Source: an uncultured virus (IMG/VR IMGVR_UViG_3300033463_000102)
Taxonomy: Duplodnaviria > Heunggongvirae > Uroviricota > Caudoviricetes
DNA: 64,000 bases
Reading direction: 5' to 3' (one strand)
IMG/VR virus record: IMGVR_UViG_3300033463_000102
Below are positions 28,352-42,663 of this stretch, one piece after another. The position numbers were made by a program, and so were the translations under genes. The notes below the pieces were generated by a model, which had not been told where the DNA came from, made no database searches, and worked only from the letters and a program-made list of their open reading frames with translations. How positions within the stretch are numbered: position 1 is the stretch's first letter; each line of letters begins with the position of its first letter.

Positions 28352-28476
28352 AGGATACGAAGCTAATTAAGCAGTGGGCATGGGTCATTACTTTCCTTGG
28401 CATCGCATGTGGTGCGCTCGTGGACATCATGAAGACGGTTGTCGAAATATTGGAGGACAAGGAGCATGAAGTTTAA
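28348..28476 (+). CDS. Small single-TM protein, holin candidate (42 aa)
   Basis: MKDTKLIKQWAWVITFLGIACGALVDI...; GGAGG upstream; close to the endolysin. Confidence 0.45.
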   Translation: MKDTKLIKQWAWVITFLGIACGALVDIMKTVVEILEDKEHEV

Positions 28477-28807
28477 GAAAAGACAACAAAGCAAGGCCCA
28501 ATCGATGAAGACCAAGTTTCGCCGCTCAGCCAAGTGGACGAAATTCAGGCGCCATGTGAAGTCCACGCAAAAAACAGACCCCATTACTGGAAGTCCGTTG
28601 GCACCTACGTGTTCTGTTCATCACCTTGACATGCGGGAGGAGAATTATGAAGACCTTTCTGATGAAACTCACTTCGTGGCTCTTAACTCTCAAAGTCACG
28701 AAACTATTCATTTTTTATGGCAGTCTCATGGAGGCTGGCGCAGTGCAGTGCTTTCTCTTATTCGAATTCTTAAAGCAATGGAGCGAATCAATTCTTCTGT
28801 AGCATAG
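28466..28807 (+). CDS. HNH-type nuclease (packaging-associated style)
   Basis: KWTKFR..DPITG..VHH..FVALN..SH..IH. Confidence 0.65.
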   Translation: MKFKKRQQSKAQSMKTKFRRSAKWTKFRRHVKSTQKTDPITGSPLAPTCSVHHLDMREENYEDLSDETHFVALNSQSHETIHFLWQSHGGWRSAVLSLIRILKAMERINSSVA

Positions 28808-29519
28808 TGGCCACTTCGACACCGAATATTTCCTCGGCTGACATCCCCGCCTTGATTAGCTCACTTACTGTTTTCAGATTGGGCTCGGTGTACCCGATGC
28901 ACCAGTTGAATACAGTGGCGTTCACGGTTCCAATCTTCTGGGCCAGGCGTCTCTGTGATAGCCCAGCACGCTTCATGAATGCGTTGATGCCCGTCTTGAA
29001 CACATCGTCATCCTTCTGTAACGCAGCTTGGTTCATGGCGAGTTCATTGGCGAATTCCTTTTCGAACCTTTTCTGTTCTGACTTCGTCATGTTCCTGTCA
29101 ACATCGAACGTGGTAAGCTTACGTTTCTCCTTGAACCAGTCCACGAACATGTCACGCATGTCGTAGCGCATGGCATCTTCAAGAGTCATGTCAGTTTCGT
29201 CCATGTACCTAAGGCCGCCAAGTTCGTAATACTTGTCGAAAAAGACGGGGCACTCCTCTACCCTCGGGTATGTGAAGCAATGGCAGTGATAGCAATTCCA
29301 CTCTATCGTATGTGCCTCTTCCAGTGCCTGCTTTCTCACTGCCATGTCACGGTCTTCCTGCAAGAGAACCTTTTCTGCAGCAGCCTTTATTTCTTCGTCG
29401 AACGGGACAAGCCTGTTGTCGCCGTAGTCGTCCATTGCCTTTTCCAGGCTCTTCTTGAAAGCCTTGACGAGCGCTACCAGCGCCTTGTCGTAGCACACTT
29501 CGGTAAAAAACACTTTCAT
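28788..29519 (-). CDS. Protein with C-terminal XRE-family HTH
   Basis: GLSQRRLAQKIG..TVFNW..EP..LIKAGMSAEEIFG; similar to 61112-61504 and 61507-61707. Confidence 0.8.
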   Translation of the reverse strand: MKVFFTEVCYDKALVALVKAFKKSLEKAMDDYGDNRLVPFDEEIKAAAEKVLLQEDRDMAVRKQALEEAHTIEWNCYHCHCFTYPRVEECPVFFDKYYELGGLRYMDETDMTLEDAMRYDMRDMFVDWFKEKRKLTTFDVDRNMTKSEQKRFEKEFANELAMNQAALQKDDDVFKTGINAFMKRAGLSQRRLAQKIGTVNATVFNWCIGYTEPNLKTVSELIKAGMSAEEIFGVEVATMLQKN

Positions 29520-29531
29520 ACTCTCTCCTTG

Positions 29532-29693
29532 CGGAAAGTGGCCCCATTGCTGAGGCCACTTAGTTCTATGGTAGTAACATGGTAAACTTCGTGGCAGGCG
29601 CCCCATGAGTGATGAGTAAGAACCGAATGAGGGAGGGCGCCTGCCGTTTAATTTCTTGTACACTAATATAGTTTATAACATGAGGAGTGTCAA
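29532..29693 (-). promoter_or_regulatory. Promoter TTGACA-17-TATATT and structured leader or sRNA upstream of the HTH gene
   Basis: 11-bp stem GGCAGGCGCCC/GGGCGCCTGCC, then AAGTGGCCTCA-GCAA-TGGGGCCACTT hairpin. Confidence 0.55.
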
Positions 29694-29732
29694 TAGGTCG
29701 CCTAAAAATAATATGTTAAAAAATATTTACAA

Positions 29733-30161
29733 TCAGGCGGCTATCTCCATCTTTCCCAAGTCGGCAATGTTGTTCTCGTCACTGCCGAAGTGTGAGCGGC
29801 CAAAGGTGTCCACTGCCCAGCACACGGTAGATGCATGGAACCTGTTGTAGCCTGCGTCACGCAATAGGCCCCTCAGGAGGTCATCTGCGTAAGCCTTACA
29901 CATTTCCCTGCTTGCATAGAGCCAGTCATGGAGCATGTAGGCGACGTTAAGCAACGGTACGTCGTCGTCCCATGATGGCATGAACCATCGGAATATGACT
30001 GGGACGGACCCGCCGTCGCATTCAAAGCCAGGATACAAGGTGAATATATACTTGATTCCCATTTCGTCGGCGACAGTCACATGGAGTTCCTTATCCAATA
30101 CATAGAAAGGACCTTCCTTGTGATACACTGGCTTGTCGAAATGTTGAATGTAAAAATGCAT
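29733..30161 (-). CDS. DUF1353 family protein
   Basis: GFECDGGSVP..AYMLHDWLY..AD motifs. Confidence 0.75.
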   Translation of the reverse strand: MHFYIQHFDKPVYHKEGPFYVLDKELHVTVADEMGIKYIFTLYPGFECDGGSVPVIFRWFMPSWDDDVPLLNVAYMLHDWLYASREMCKAYADDLLRGLLRDAGYNRFHASTVCWAVDTFGRSHFGSDENNIADLGKMEIAA

Positions 30162-30163
30162 AA

Positions 30164-30808
30164 TTAAACCACAGGTTGGACATAGCGGAAAACATGGCCA
30201 CTCTTGACCCTGACATCGGCATGGACATCAATTCCTTTCTCCTTGCATTTCACTGCGAAGAACAGGTCTTCACCGAGGACGCTATGTTTTTCGTCTTCGT
30301 AGTTAATCCATTTGAAATACGGGTAGCCGAGCTTCTTGAAGACATCAGTCTTGATAAGGGCACAGCCAAGGCCGCCACCATGAACCTTTATCTTGGTGGC
30401 ACCTTCTGCTGCCATCTTCTCGATTTCCTGTGCAGTGTATTCTGATTCCAGAGGGAAGCTAAAATACTCCGTCCCGTCAAGCTTATAGAGGCGGCAGATG
30501 TTGGTGTTTCCCTTGTATGTGCCATCGGTAGTCCGATGTGCATAGAAGCTCAGGCAAACATCAACAGGATTTTCAAGCATCAGTTTAAGTGCATTGCTCG
30601 GGATAACATTGTCAGCATCGACCATAAGGACGTAGTCGGCATTTATGGCCATGGCTTCCTCGGCAATCCTGTTGCGGGCCGATGCGCAGTCATATCCACG
30701 AATGAAATCGAAAAGACACCAGTGACCACATCGGTCAAGGCCGTAAATAGAACGGAAAGTTTCAGGACAGATGGTGTCAGAACAAGGAATAGCAATAAGA
30801 ATTTTCAT
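30164..30808 (-). CDS. Glycosyltransferase (GT-A fold, GT2-like)
   Basis: ARN, LMVDAD (DxD), GLGCALIK, GEDLFF, GH motifs; late motif variant GAATATTTTTA at 30829-30839. Confidence 0.85.
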   Translation of the reverse strand: MKILIAIPCSDTICPETFRSIYGLDRCGHWCLFDFIRGYDCASARNRIAEEAMAINADYVLMVDADNVIPSNALKLMLENPVDVCLSFYAHRTTDGTYKGNTNICRLYKLDGTEYFSFPLESEYTAQEIEKMAAEGATKIKVHGGGLGCALIKTDVFKKLGYPYFKWINYEDEKHSVLGEDLFFAVKCKEKGIDVHADVRVKSGHVFRYVQPVV

Positions 30809-30849
30809 AATAAGCCCTCTCTTTGATTTAAAAATATTCCTATTGGCAT

Positions 30850-31512
30850 CTAGTAGTTTGCATCTTTTGGTTTATCCGAGTACACTTTAATGCGCCCATG
30901 ATATACTTTGAGCCCCTTGAATGCAGCCCATGGACTGAAAAGTTTTTCCGTACAGTACGCAAAGTATCTCGTGGTTCCCGCTGGCTGCTTCAAGTTGAAC
31001 ACGAGGTCGAATGCCATGTTGCAGTATTCGTCGGCTACGTCTTCCCTTGCGATGAACATGTTGCACCAGCTATGTTCATTCGGGTAGTGCGTACAAATCC
31101 AGTTCCAGTAAAAGTCGCCGAATCCGTTCCACTGGTCGTTCATCCTCTCGATGTGGTGAAGATATCCGTTGCGTGGCTGGCAGTAGTTGTCCATGGTGCC
31201 AGGGAAGAATACGTAGTTGTTGGTCAGGATTACGTCGTGGTCTTGAAGGATGTCCTCGATTTCGGACGGTTCCAGAAGGTGATGGTTAGTCCTGTCCCAT
31301 ATCGCCCTGCGGTAATGCTCCAAGCCTTTGTACCCTACGTTATGCTCGTTTTTCCATAAGTAGTATAAGCCTGTCAGTTCATTAAGCCTATAATTCTCGG
31401 AGTCGATATTGTCGCCCTCGTGAGGCTCGTCAACTATGAAGGGGGTGCGGCCATGTTCTGGTGCAACGTCAAATACGTTTTTCGACATGCCCACTGCGTA
31501 AATCTTGCCCAT
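30850..31512 (-). CDS. DUF4422-like glycosyltransferase
   Basis: GDNI..N..NELTGLYYLWKN..GLEHYRR, NMFI, R...EKL motifs. Confidence 0.8.
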   Translation of the reverse strand: MGKIYAVGMSKNVFDVAPEHGRTPFIVDEPHEGDNIDSENYRLNELTGLYYLWKNEHNVGYKGLEHYRRAIWDRTNHHLLEPSEIEDILQDHDVILTNNYVFFPGTMDNYCQPRNGYLHHIERMNDQWNGFGDFYWNWICTHYPNEHSWCNMFIAREDVADEYCNMAFDLVFNLKQPAGTTRYFAYCTEKLFSPWAAFKGLKVYHGRIKVYSDKPKDANY

Positions 31513-31521
31513 AAGGCTCTC

Positions 31522-31593
31522 CTATTTTCTTGGCGGAAGAAGCCACCACGCTGCTAACGTGATGGCCACCGCAAACCATACTAACCCAAACAT
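31522..31593 (-). CDS. 23-aa hydrophobic peptide MFGLVWFAVAITLAAWWLLPPRK
   Basis: Fills the intergenic gap; single TM with a basic tail. Confidence 0.35.
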   Translation of the reverse strand: MFGLVWFAVAITLAAWWLLPPRK

Positions 31594-31601
31594 ATATTTT
31601 T

Positions 31602-31928
31602 TTAAACCGTACTTCCAACCTTTCCTACTTCGATTGCCGTAAACGAAACCTTGACGGCTCCATTGTCCTGCCAGATAGCAATCTTGCAATCGCTGGTTGG
31701 GCCTATCTGGGCAATTCCGTTATAGATGATGGCCTTGTGCGATGCAGGGTTGAATATCGTCGATGCATTGCCACCGAACCTAGTGGAAGGCGTGTAGTAG
31801 GCATTCTCGGATATGTATTCGGCCTGATTAGTAGTAATCGAGTTGTCGAGGCCGATGACGGTCAGCAGGCCTGCGAAGCCTGTCAACACCGCTATCACTG
31901 CCGCAACGAATTCTGGATTGTCTACCAT
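31602..31928 (-). CDS. N-terminal TM protein with a beta-rich C-terminus
   Basis: GGAGG RBS; FVAAVIAVLTGFAGLLTVIG. Confidence 0.55.
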   Translation of the reverse strand: MVDNPEFVAAVIAVLTGFAGLLTVIGLDNSITTNQAEYISENAYYTPSTRFGGNASTIFNPASHKAIIYNGIAQIGPTSDCKIAIWQDNGAVKVSFTAIEVGKVGSTV

Positions 31929-31937
31929 TGTTGCCTC

Positions 31938-33581
31938 CTATGGATTTATCGAAGTGAGTACATATTTTTCATCGATGTAGTAATTATCCCCATCCGTCCA
32001 TACTTGGTCAGGTGTAAAGTCAATACCGATATTTATTGGATACCATGTAGAACCAAGAACGAATTGACCAGTTGGGTTAAGAAGAGTTGTTCCTAGATAA
32101 TATGTATTGCCTTCATAATTCCATACTAGATATCCACGTAAATCTGGAACTCCTCCCCATTCCTTCTCTGACCAATTCATAGTAGTTAGGTCAAGTGAAA
32201 GTTGTGTATTGTTTGAGGGGTCCGAGTAGTAAACATGGGTTCCATCGTTCCATATAAACCTACCTTCGAAGGCCTCATCAGGTGGCGGGAACCCAGTCAT
32301 TGGCCTTTCTGTCCATGTAGACGTACTTGGGTCTAGGACATAATCACCATAGCATATATTAGTAGGGTCTCTCCATAGATTATGTTTGTATATATGATAG
32401 TCTGAAGGCAAGCCATACCATGTTTTTGCCCTCCATTGGGATGCACTCTTATCGAACACATACTGCTTCGCACTCGTACCGTAAGACCAATACACATTTG
32501 TCCCTTCATACCATACATTGTGACCACTAAGCTGTGTTCCGTTAAATGTCTTCCTGAACCATGTAGACGTGCTTTTGTCTAGGACAAGATGTACATATTC
32601 CATTGCAGATATTTCTGCAGAATAGTACACGTGTTCGCCGTCTGTCCATACGTCATCGCCATGGAGTACATCCATGCCGTTCCAGTATTTTACGTCCCAT
32701 GAAAGGGAATTATTCGGATTGAATTCATACTGTTCGTATGCATAGGAATAGTAACACTTCGTGCCGTCACTCCATACGTTACGTCCGTCTATCCTGGATG
32801 CACCAGAACCATGGAACGTGACCGATGTCCATCCAGTATGGCTGCTATTTAGCTTGTATGAATGGTTATAATAATAGTCATCACCACATTTCCATATATT
32901 CTTTGCCGACGGGTTTATACCTCCCCAGCTCTTTGTAACCCACGTAGATGTACTCTTGTTAAGAACATACTGATAGTTGTTCTCTGAATAGAATATATCG
33001 GTCCCGTCAGTCCACACGTAGTCACCCATAATAGATGAAAATCCAGACCATGTCTTTGTACTCCATGTTGATGTAGCTTTGTCTAGCACGTATTGCTGTG
33101 CTCCAAGTGAGAAGTAAACATTGTCTCCGTCAGACCATATAAACTTAGCAGATAGCGTCAGTTGAGGTATACCATACCACTGTTTAGTATACCATGTCGA
33201 TGTTGCCTTGTCCAAGACAAGCTGGTTTCCGTTTACACCATCTGACATATAAAAGTTCTCACCGTCAGTCCATATAGAACTACCGACAGGTTGATTTATT
33301 CGGCCAGTTGAAGGATTTTCGTTATATACAGTCCACTCCTTGTCTATCCAAGTATTAGTGGAAAGGTCTAATACTTTCTGCCTATCGACTCCTGGATAGG
33401 TCCCAATACCTGAATAGTAAATATGTTCTCCGTCACTCCATATAGCGGACTTATTAATAAAGGCAAGCCCACGCCATGTCTTGTTTTGCACGGAAAATGG
33501 TATAGTGAAATTGTACACTCCCATAAGTTTTTGGTTATAGGAGAGGGCAATACTTCTGTTGTTTCCAATTACACAGTCCAT
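31938..33581 (-). CDS. Trp-rich repeat protein, probable beta-propeller receptor-binding protein
   Basis: About 12 repeats of [IV]WxDGxxxYYS...QYVLDKxTSTWxxKxWxG. Confidence 0.7.
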   Translation of the reverse strand: MDCVIGNNRSIALSYNQKLMGVYNFTIPFSVQNKTWRGLAFINKSAIWSDGEHIYYSGIGTYPGVDRQKVLDLSTNTWIDKEWTVYNENPSTGRINQPVGSSIWTDGENFYMSDGVNGNQLVLDKATSTWYTKQWYGIPQLTLSAKFIWSDGDNVYFSLGAQQYVLDKATSTWSTKTWSGFSSIMGDYVWTDGTDIFYSENNYQYVLNKSTSTWVTKSWGGINPSAKNIWKCGDDYYYNHSYKLNSSHTGWTSVTFHGSGASRIDGRNVWSDGTKCYYSYAYEQYEFNPNNSLSWDVKYWNGMDVLHGDDVWTDGEHVYYSAEISAMEYVHLVLDKSTSTWFRKTFNGTQLSGHNVWYEGTNVYWSYGTSAKQYVFDKSASQWRAKTWYGLPSDYHIYKHNLWRDPTNICYGDYVLDPSTSTWTERPMTGFPPPDEAFEGRFIWNDGTHVYYSDPSNNTQLSLDLTTMNWSEKEWGGVPDLRGYLVWNYEGNTYYLGTTLLNPTGQFVLGSTWYPINIGIDFTPDQVWTDGDNYYIDEKYVLTSINP

Positions 33582-33601
33582 ACAATTATATTCCCCTTAC
33601 G

Positions 33602-34102
33602 TTATACGTTAATGGTGTAGGTCTTGTCGTTGCTGTTCGTTCCTGACGTATAGCCCAAATCGGTTTCAACGCCGTCCTTTACTCCTGCAACGTGGATGGT
33701 GACAGTCATGCTTCCGCCGCCATACCAAAGTCCAGTATGAACCTGAACCTTCGTGACTGGGTCATCAGACGTGAAGTTGATATCAAATGCTGTTCCATAG
33801 AGAGAGTTGCCGTTGTTGTTCGACCAGTCTATTGCAGAAGCGACATCAGATGAACTAATTTCACCCCAACTTCCGTTGTATAGCCAAATCGAGGTGACCT
33901 GCGAGGTGGTTGCCTGCACATCGTTTATCTTCAATCCAGCCATGTTGAAGTTGTCGTTAGAGCTCCAAGTGACATGCACTTTATACGAATCGTATCCCCC
34001 GCTCGGCAATTGGAACACGAGGGTAGAACCAACATAGGCCTGTGCTATCTTGGTACTACCAACGTAGAGCTCGCCGATTTTCTGATTGCCGACATTGAAC
34101 AT
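33602..34102 (-). CDS. Tail fibre-associated protein
   Basis: IGELYVGSTKIAQAYVGSTLVF N-terminal motif common in fibre-tip proteins. Confidence 0.6.
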   Translation of the reverse strand: MFNVGNQKIGELYVGSTKIAQAYVGSTLVFQLPSGGYDSYKVHVTWSSNDNFNMAGLKINDVQATTSQVTSIWLYNGSWGEISSSDVASAIDWSNNNGNSLYGTAFDINFTSDDPVTKVQVHTGLWYGGGSMTVTIHVAGVKDGVETDLGYTSGTNSNDKTYTINV

Positions 34103-34103
34103 A

Positions 34104-35760
<1,657 letters not shown>

Positions 35761-35761
<1 letters not shown>

Positions 35762-36375
35762 CAGTCCCCCGTATATATGATATAGTTCAAAGTTATGAAC
35801 GGTTGCATATTTGAATGGCTTTCACCAATTCCGTTACTCTCGGTATTAAACCCGCTGCAGTCATCTATTCCACCACTCATTGTGCAATTTGACTGTCCAT
35901 GATTGGCTATACTTGGAGGGACACTAACAGTAGCATCTTTATTAGTATTGCCGTAATATCCATTGTATCCACCAGAATGTACATATGAACTATCTCCAAA
36001 ATCACTCTTAATATAAGTAAATGCTGGTTGCTGTGTAACGGTGTGTGTCATAACTGGCGTCGTCGCAGTTATGTTATTTGAGTGACCATGTTGGGCTATA
36101 CTATGGTAATGCGACGGTATTTCTTGGGAAGTTAACTGATGGTCTTCCTCTCCTCCAACGCTTGAGACTGGATATGATTCCGAAGACCCAATTATAACCT
36201 TGCCTTTTAAGTCAGGTATGTTGAATGTCGTAGCTCCATCACCAGAGCCATAGGTTACTCCTATTGTGTCAAATAATGCTGAATAGGACGTACGAGATAT
36301 TGCCGACCCATCACAAATAAGCCATCCAGCAGGAGCGTAATTTCCAGCAAACATTACTATGGTTCCTACGTTCAT
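35761..36375 (-). CDS. Tail collar domain fibre protein 2
   Basis: Same collar motif; HSNMQPF. Confidence 0.85.
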
Positions 36376-36983
36376 ACTTCCCCCGTTAAAATTATATAGT
36401 TGACAGATATGTAAGGCTGCATATTATTATGGGCCAAACCGTTTCCATAAGTTCCACTGCTGAATGAATTACATTTTGTAACTGACCCACTCATGTTGCA
36501 ATTAACAGAGGCATGGTCTGCTACTAAAAGGTCCTGTGTACGTGTAGCATACTCGTCTGTTGCTGAATTTCTATAAGTAGAGCTTCCGTTGGCTAGCGCA
36601 CTATAATTAAACCCATTGTATTTGAATCCAGGGAAATTTACGTTATGCGCAAAAGAAGGAGTTTTCATTTGTATGTCATTTTCGTGACCATGCTGTGGTA
36701 CAACATGCAAGTGAGCTGGCAACTGGTCAGCCGTAAGAGTCACGGTTTCCGAGCCACCAGTGGAAGCCAGGGCATGGTTGTTGGAAACACCTATTACGAC
36801 ACGGCCAGAAAGGTCTGGGATGTTGAACGTGGTTTCTCCATTGCCTGCTCCATAGGTTGTACCGATTACGGCAAAGAGTTCCGCATACGTTATACGTGAC
36901 ACAGCAGAGCCGTCACATAATAGACAACCCTGTGGTGCGACCGTACCTGCGAACGGCATTACAATTCCTGCTGGATTAGACAT
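36372..36983 (-). CDS. Tail collar domain fibre protein 1
   Basis: Same collar motif; HNNMQPY. Confidence 0.85.
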   Translation of the reverse strand: MSNPAGIVMPFAGTVAPQGCLLCDGSAVSRITYAELFAVIGTTYGAGNGETTFNIPDLSGRVVIGVSNNHALASTGGSETVTLTADQLPAHLHVVPQHGHENDIQMKTPSFAHNVNFPGFKYNGFNYSALANGSSTYRNSATDEYATRTQDLLVADHASVNCNMSGSVTKCNSFSSGTYGNGLAHNNMQPYISVNYIILTGEV

Positions 36984-36986
36984 ACG

Positions 36987-39785
<2,799 letters not shown>

Positions 39786-39797
39786 TCAGGAGACCCA

Positions 39798-40307
39798 ATG
39801 GAACTTTTGAAATGGAAACCAGTTAAACGCAAACGCACAAACAAGCTCAAATACAACGACCCGGAATACGTCAGGGGCTACGACCTTGACATGGAAGACT
39901 TCACGGCACTCGTGGTGAAGTACAACGACAAGACGCTGAACTACATCGAGGAATGCAGGCTAGGCGACTACGTGATGACAATGATGAACATTGTCCTTGA
40001 AAACCCGAAGATAAACCCCAGCACAAAGGACGAGCTAGGCCCCATCACTGACGACATGTTCATGTCCGGGTGGAACTCGCTCCACTACATAAAGGACGGC
40101 AAGAAGCCGTACAGCTATGTCTACCGCTGCATGTACACGGCTGCCTGCAAGTACTACACGAACCTCATCAAGGAACGCAACAAGAAAGAGGCGATTGACG
40201 AGTGGGTGACCGAGGCATACCTAGAATACAGGGAATCAATCAGGAGCGGAAAGGTCGGGGAAGACGAAGAAACCCCAGACGCCGAAGCATCTGGGGTTGA
40301 GGATTAG
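39798..40307 (+). CDS. T4 gp55-like late sigma factor (region 2 only)
   Basis: LGDYVMTMMNIVL..DDMFMSGWNSLHY..KPYSYVYRCMYTA..KER aligns by eye with the gp55 region-2 pattern. Confidence 0.65.
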   Translation: MELLKWKPVKRKRTNKLKYNDPEYVRGYDLDMEDFTALVVKYNDKTLNYIEECRLGDYVMTMMNIVLENPKINPSTKDELGPITDDMFMSGWNSLHYIKDGKKPYSYVYRCMYTAACKYYTNLIKERNKKEAIDEWVTEAYLEYRESIRSGKVGEDEETPDAEASGVED

Positions 40308-40341
40308 GTGACGGTCAACTAGCCGTCACTGGCTGTTTTTC
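40308..40341. terminator. Terminator between the convergent sigma and coat genes
   Basis: GTGACGG-TCAACTAG-CCGTCAC hairpin with a T run. Confidence 0.5.
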
Positions 40342-41655
40342 TTACTGTACAACCTTTACCTTGTTGACATCAGCGTCCTTGACGAGCACGAGTGCTACGC
40401 CACGAGGTTCCACAATGCCTGCCATGACCGTAGAGGTCCAGCGGGTAACGTTGGAGCCCTTGATGGTGTCAATGGCCCTGTTCTGGAACACGACAACGCC
40501 TTCATTGTCTGCCCTTTCGGTGTCAGCGTTGGAAGCGTCGATTTCGTCCAACATTTCGAACTCTTCCGTGCCATCGAGTCTCACAATACCAGTAAAGTAC
40601 TTACCAGCTTCGAGGCCCTGAACAGCGCCAGTTCTGGATGCTACAGTGTTGAACTTCGTGATAGCTGCAGACTTCGTTGCGCCGAATGCCTTGCCGTCGG
40701 AATCGCAGATGACCTTGTTGCCTTCGCCAGTCCAGTCTTCGGCAGAGAGGGCCTTCACGACCATCACGCCGTTTTCCGTTCCGTCTTCCACTGCAATGAA
40801 TGCACGGAGGGAAGCAGTGCGGTCACCGACCAAGTCAGCGGCGTATGCACCGTCAATCCAAACAACGGAACCCTTCGGGAACTTCTGGGACATGCCAGCG
40901 AACGTGAGGGTTGCCAAGCCATCTTCGAGGCCAGATTCTGCATAGGTCACGCCAGTGATGTTGGCGTAGTCGCCTGCGAGAGCGGAACTGATGATGACGA
41001 GCGGGAGGAACTGGTTAGTACGAACTTCCGTTTCGCCAATCTTGCCGATGAGGCCCTTGGAGAAAATCGGGTCGGCAGAAGTCGGCTTGAATGCATCACC
41101 CGTGTTGCTCAACTTGGAGTTAATCATCGGATGGATGAACATGTACTGGCTTTCATCGCTGATGGAAGTGAGTGTGTTCGTTGCGTCCGTAAGCGGGCCA
41201 TAGCCGATGCCTGCGAATGCAAGGTTCTGGTTACCGAAGTCACCATCATAAGTGGTAACAACTTCGCCGTCAACAATCTTGCCCTTGAAGCCGTTGATGG
41301 TATCGTTAACGACACCGTTGATGAGCTTCTTGCCCTGCGGGATAGCCACTTCCTTATCCCAGTTCACGTCAGTGACCTTTTCGATAAGGTTGGTAGCAAT
41401 CATAACGTTGCCGACGTTGAGGGTCTTGCTGACCTTCTTTTCAACGAGGCTGGACGGGCCCTTGCCAGAAAGGTCGATACCACGCTGGTATTCACCTGCG
41501 TCACGGATGACGAACTCGAACGTCTTTCCGTTTCTCTTGTTCTTAAGCTGGTCCTTGAAATACTTCTTGGAACCGACAGTGAGGTAGCCAGCAGATTCAG
41601 CCGCACGGAGGGCTACGAGCTCGGTCTTGCGGGAGGTTTTAAATTCGTTTGCCAT
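40342..41655 (-). CDS. Major capsid protein (P22 coat-like)
   Basis: MANEF start, KRNGKT, GLIGKIG motifs; follows the scaffold gene. Confidence 0.85.
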   Translation of the reverse strand: MANEFKTSRKTELVALRAAESAGYLTVGSKKYFKDQLKNKRNGKTFEFVIRDAGEYQRGIDLSGKGPSSLVEKKVSKTLNVGNVMIATNLIEKVTDVNWDKEVAIPQGKKLINGVVNDTINGFKGKIVDGEVVTTYDGDFGNQNLAFAGIGYGPLTDATNTLTSISDESQYMFIHPMINSKLSNTGDAFKPTSADPIFSKGLIGKIGETEVRTNQFLPLVIISSALAGDYANITGVTYAESGLEDGLATLTFAGMSQKFPKGSVVWIDGAYAADLVGDRTASLRAFIAVEDGTENGVMVVKALSAEDWTGEGNKVICDSDGKAFGATKSAAITKFNTVASRTGAVQGLEAGKYFTGIVRLDGTEEFEMLDEIDASNADTERADNEGVVVFQNRAIDTIKGSNVTRWTSTVMAGIVEPRGVALVLVKDADVNKVKVVQ

Positions 41656-41676
41656 AATGCAACTCCATTATTAAAG

Positions 41677-42663
41677 TTAGCCATGTTTGTGCTTCAACAG
41701 GTAATCATTCCAATAGTTCCTGTCATGCACTGGTTCAGTTGGTTTCGCCTGTGCCGTCACCTGCTTGCCAATGACTGGAATAGCGGTTTTCGGTTGAGGC
41801 TGTTCTTGCTCAGGTTGTTTAACGTCCTCTTTCTTTTCCTCGGTCTTGCCAGAGAGCAATTCCTTCGTGAAGACGTGCAAGTTGTGGCGAAGTTCATACG
41901 GGTCCTTGTCACGGAATACGTAGGCAAGAGACTTGTTGTTCGTCATCAGCTCACGGAGAACAATCGGATACTTTTCCACGCCGTTAAGGTAGTCAAGTAC
42001 AACGCCATACGGGTCATGCTCTTTCAATGCTTCGTAGAATTCACGGCCTCTTGTGCTGATGAGTTCTTCATATTCAGCTCGGTCGTTTTCATCTGGGAAG
42101 CAAAGACTTACCTTTCTTTCGGTTTCCTTCGCATTTTCCTCGGCCTCTGACTGCTCGATAAACCTTTTCTGTCTTTCAATCTCGTCTCTCTTATGTTGTT
42201 CGTCAAGACGGTAAGACGTGTAGGCTTCTACGTCATTGTTAAAGTCTTCGGGTTTGAGGCCCTTGACCTTGGCCAGTTCCGCTTCGAGTTCCTTGACCTT
42301 TGCCTGTGCTTCCTGACGCTTGCGCTTCTCGATAGCAAAGGAATGGGCGATTCGCTCATCACGGGTGTATTTCTTTGAAGGGGGAAGACGTTTTTCTTTC
42401 TTGTCCTCTGACGGGGTTTCTTCCTTCGGCTTGTCCTCGGCAGGCTTCTCTTCCTTGGGCTTGTCTTCCTTGGGCTCTTCGGCTTTGGGCTTGTCGTCCT
42501 TCTGCTCTTCGGCCTTCGGCTGTTCTTGCTTCGGTTCTTCCTGCTTCGGGGCTTCTTCGGCTCCCGTTGTAGACGGTTTCTCGACGGACGGTTCCTCGGG
42601 CTTCGGAGTTTCCCTGGCCATCTTCTCATCGACCATCTTTTGTGCCTGTTCAGTACTAATCAT
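41677..42663 (-). CDS. Capsid scaffolding protein
   Basis: PKxEE repeats, KPEDF..EAY motif, IPVIGK tail; directly upstream of coat. Confidence 0.8.
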   Translation of the reverse strand: MISTEQAQKMVDEKMARETPKPEEPSVEKPSTTGAEEAPKQEEPKQEQPKAEEQKDDKPKAEEPKEDKPKEEKPAEDKPKEETPSEDKKEKRLPPSKKYTRDERIAHSFAIEKRKRQEAQAKVKELEAELAKVKGLKPEDFNNDVEAYTSYRLDEQHKRDEIERQKRFIEQSEAEENAKETERKVSLCFPDENDRAEYEELISTRGREFYEALKEHDPYGVVLDYLNGVEKYPIVLRELMTNNKSLAYVFRDKDPYELRHNLHVFTKELLSGKTEEKKEDVKQPEQEQPQPKTAIPVIGKQVTAQAKPTEPVHDRNYWNDYLLKHKHG

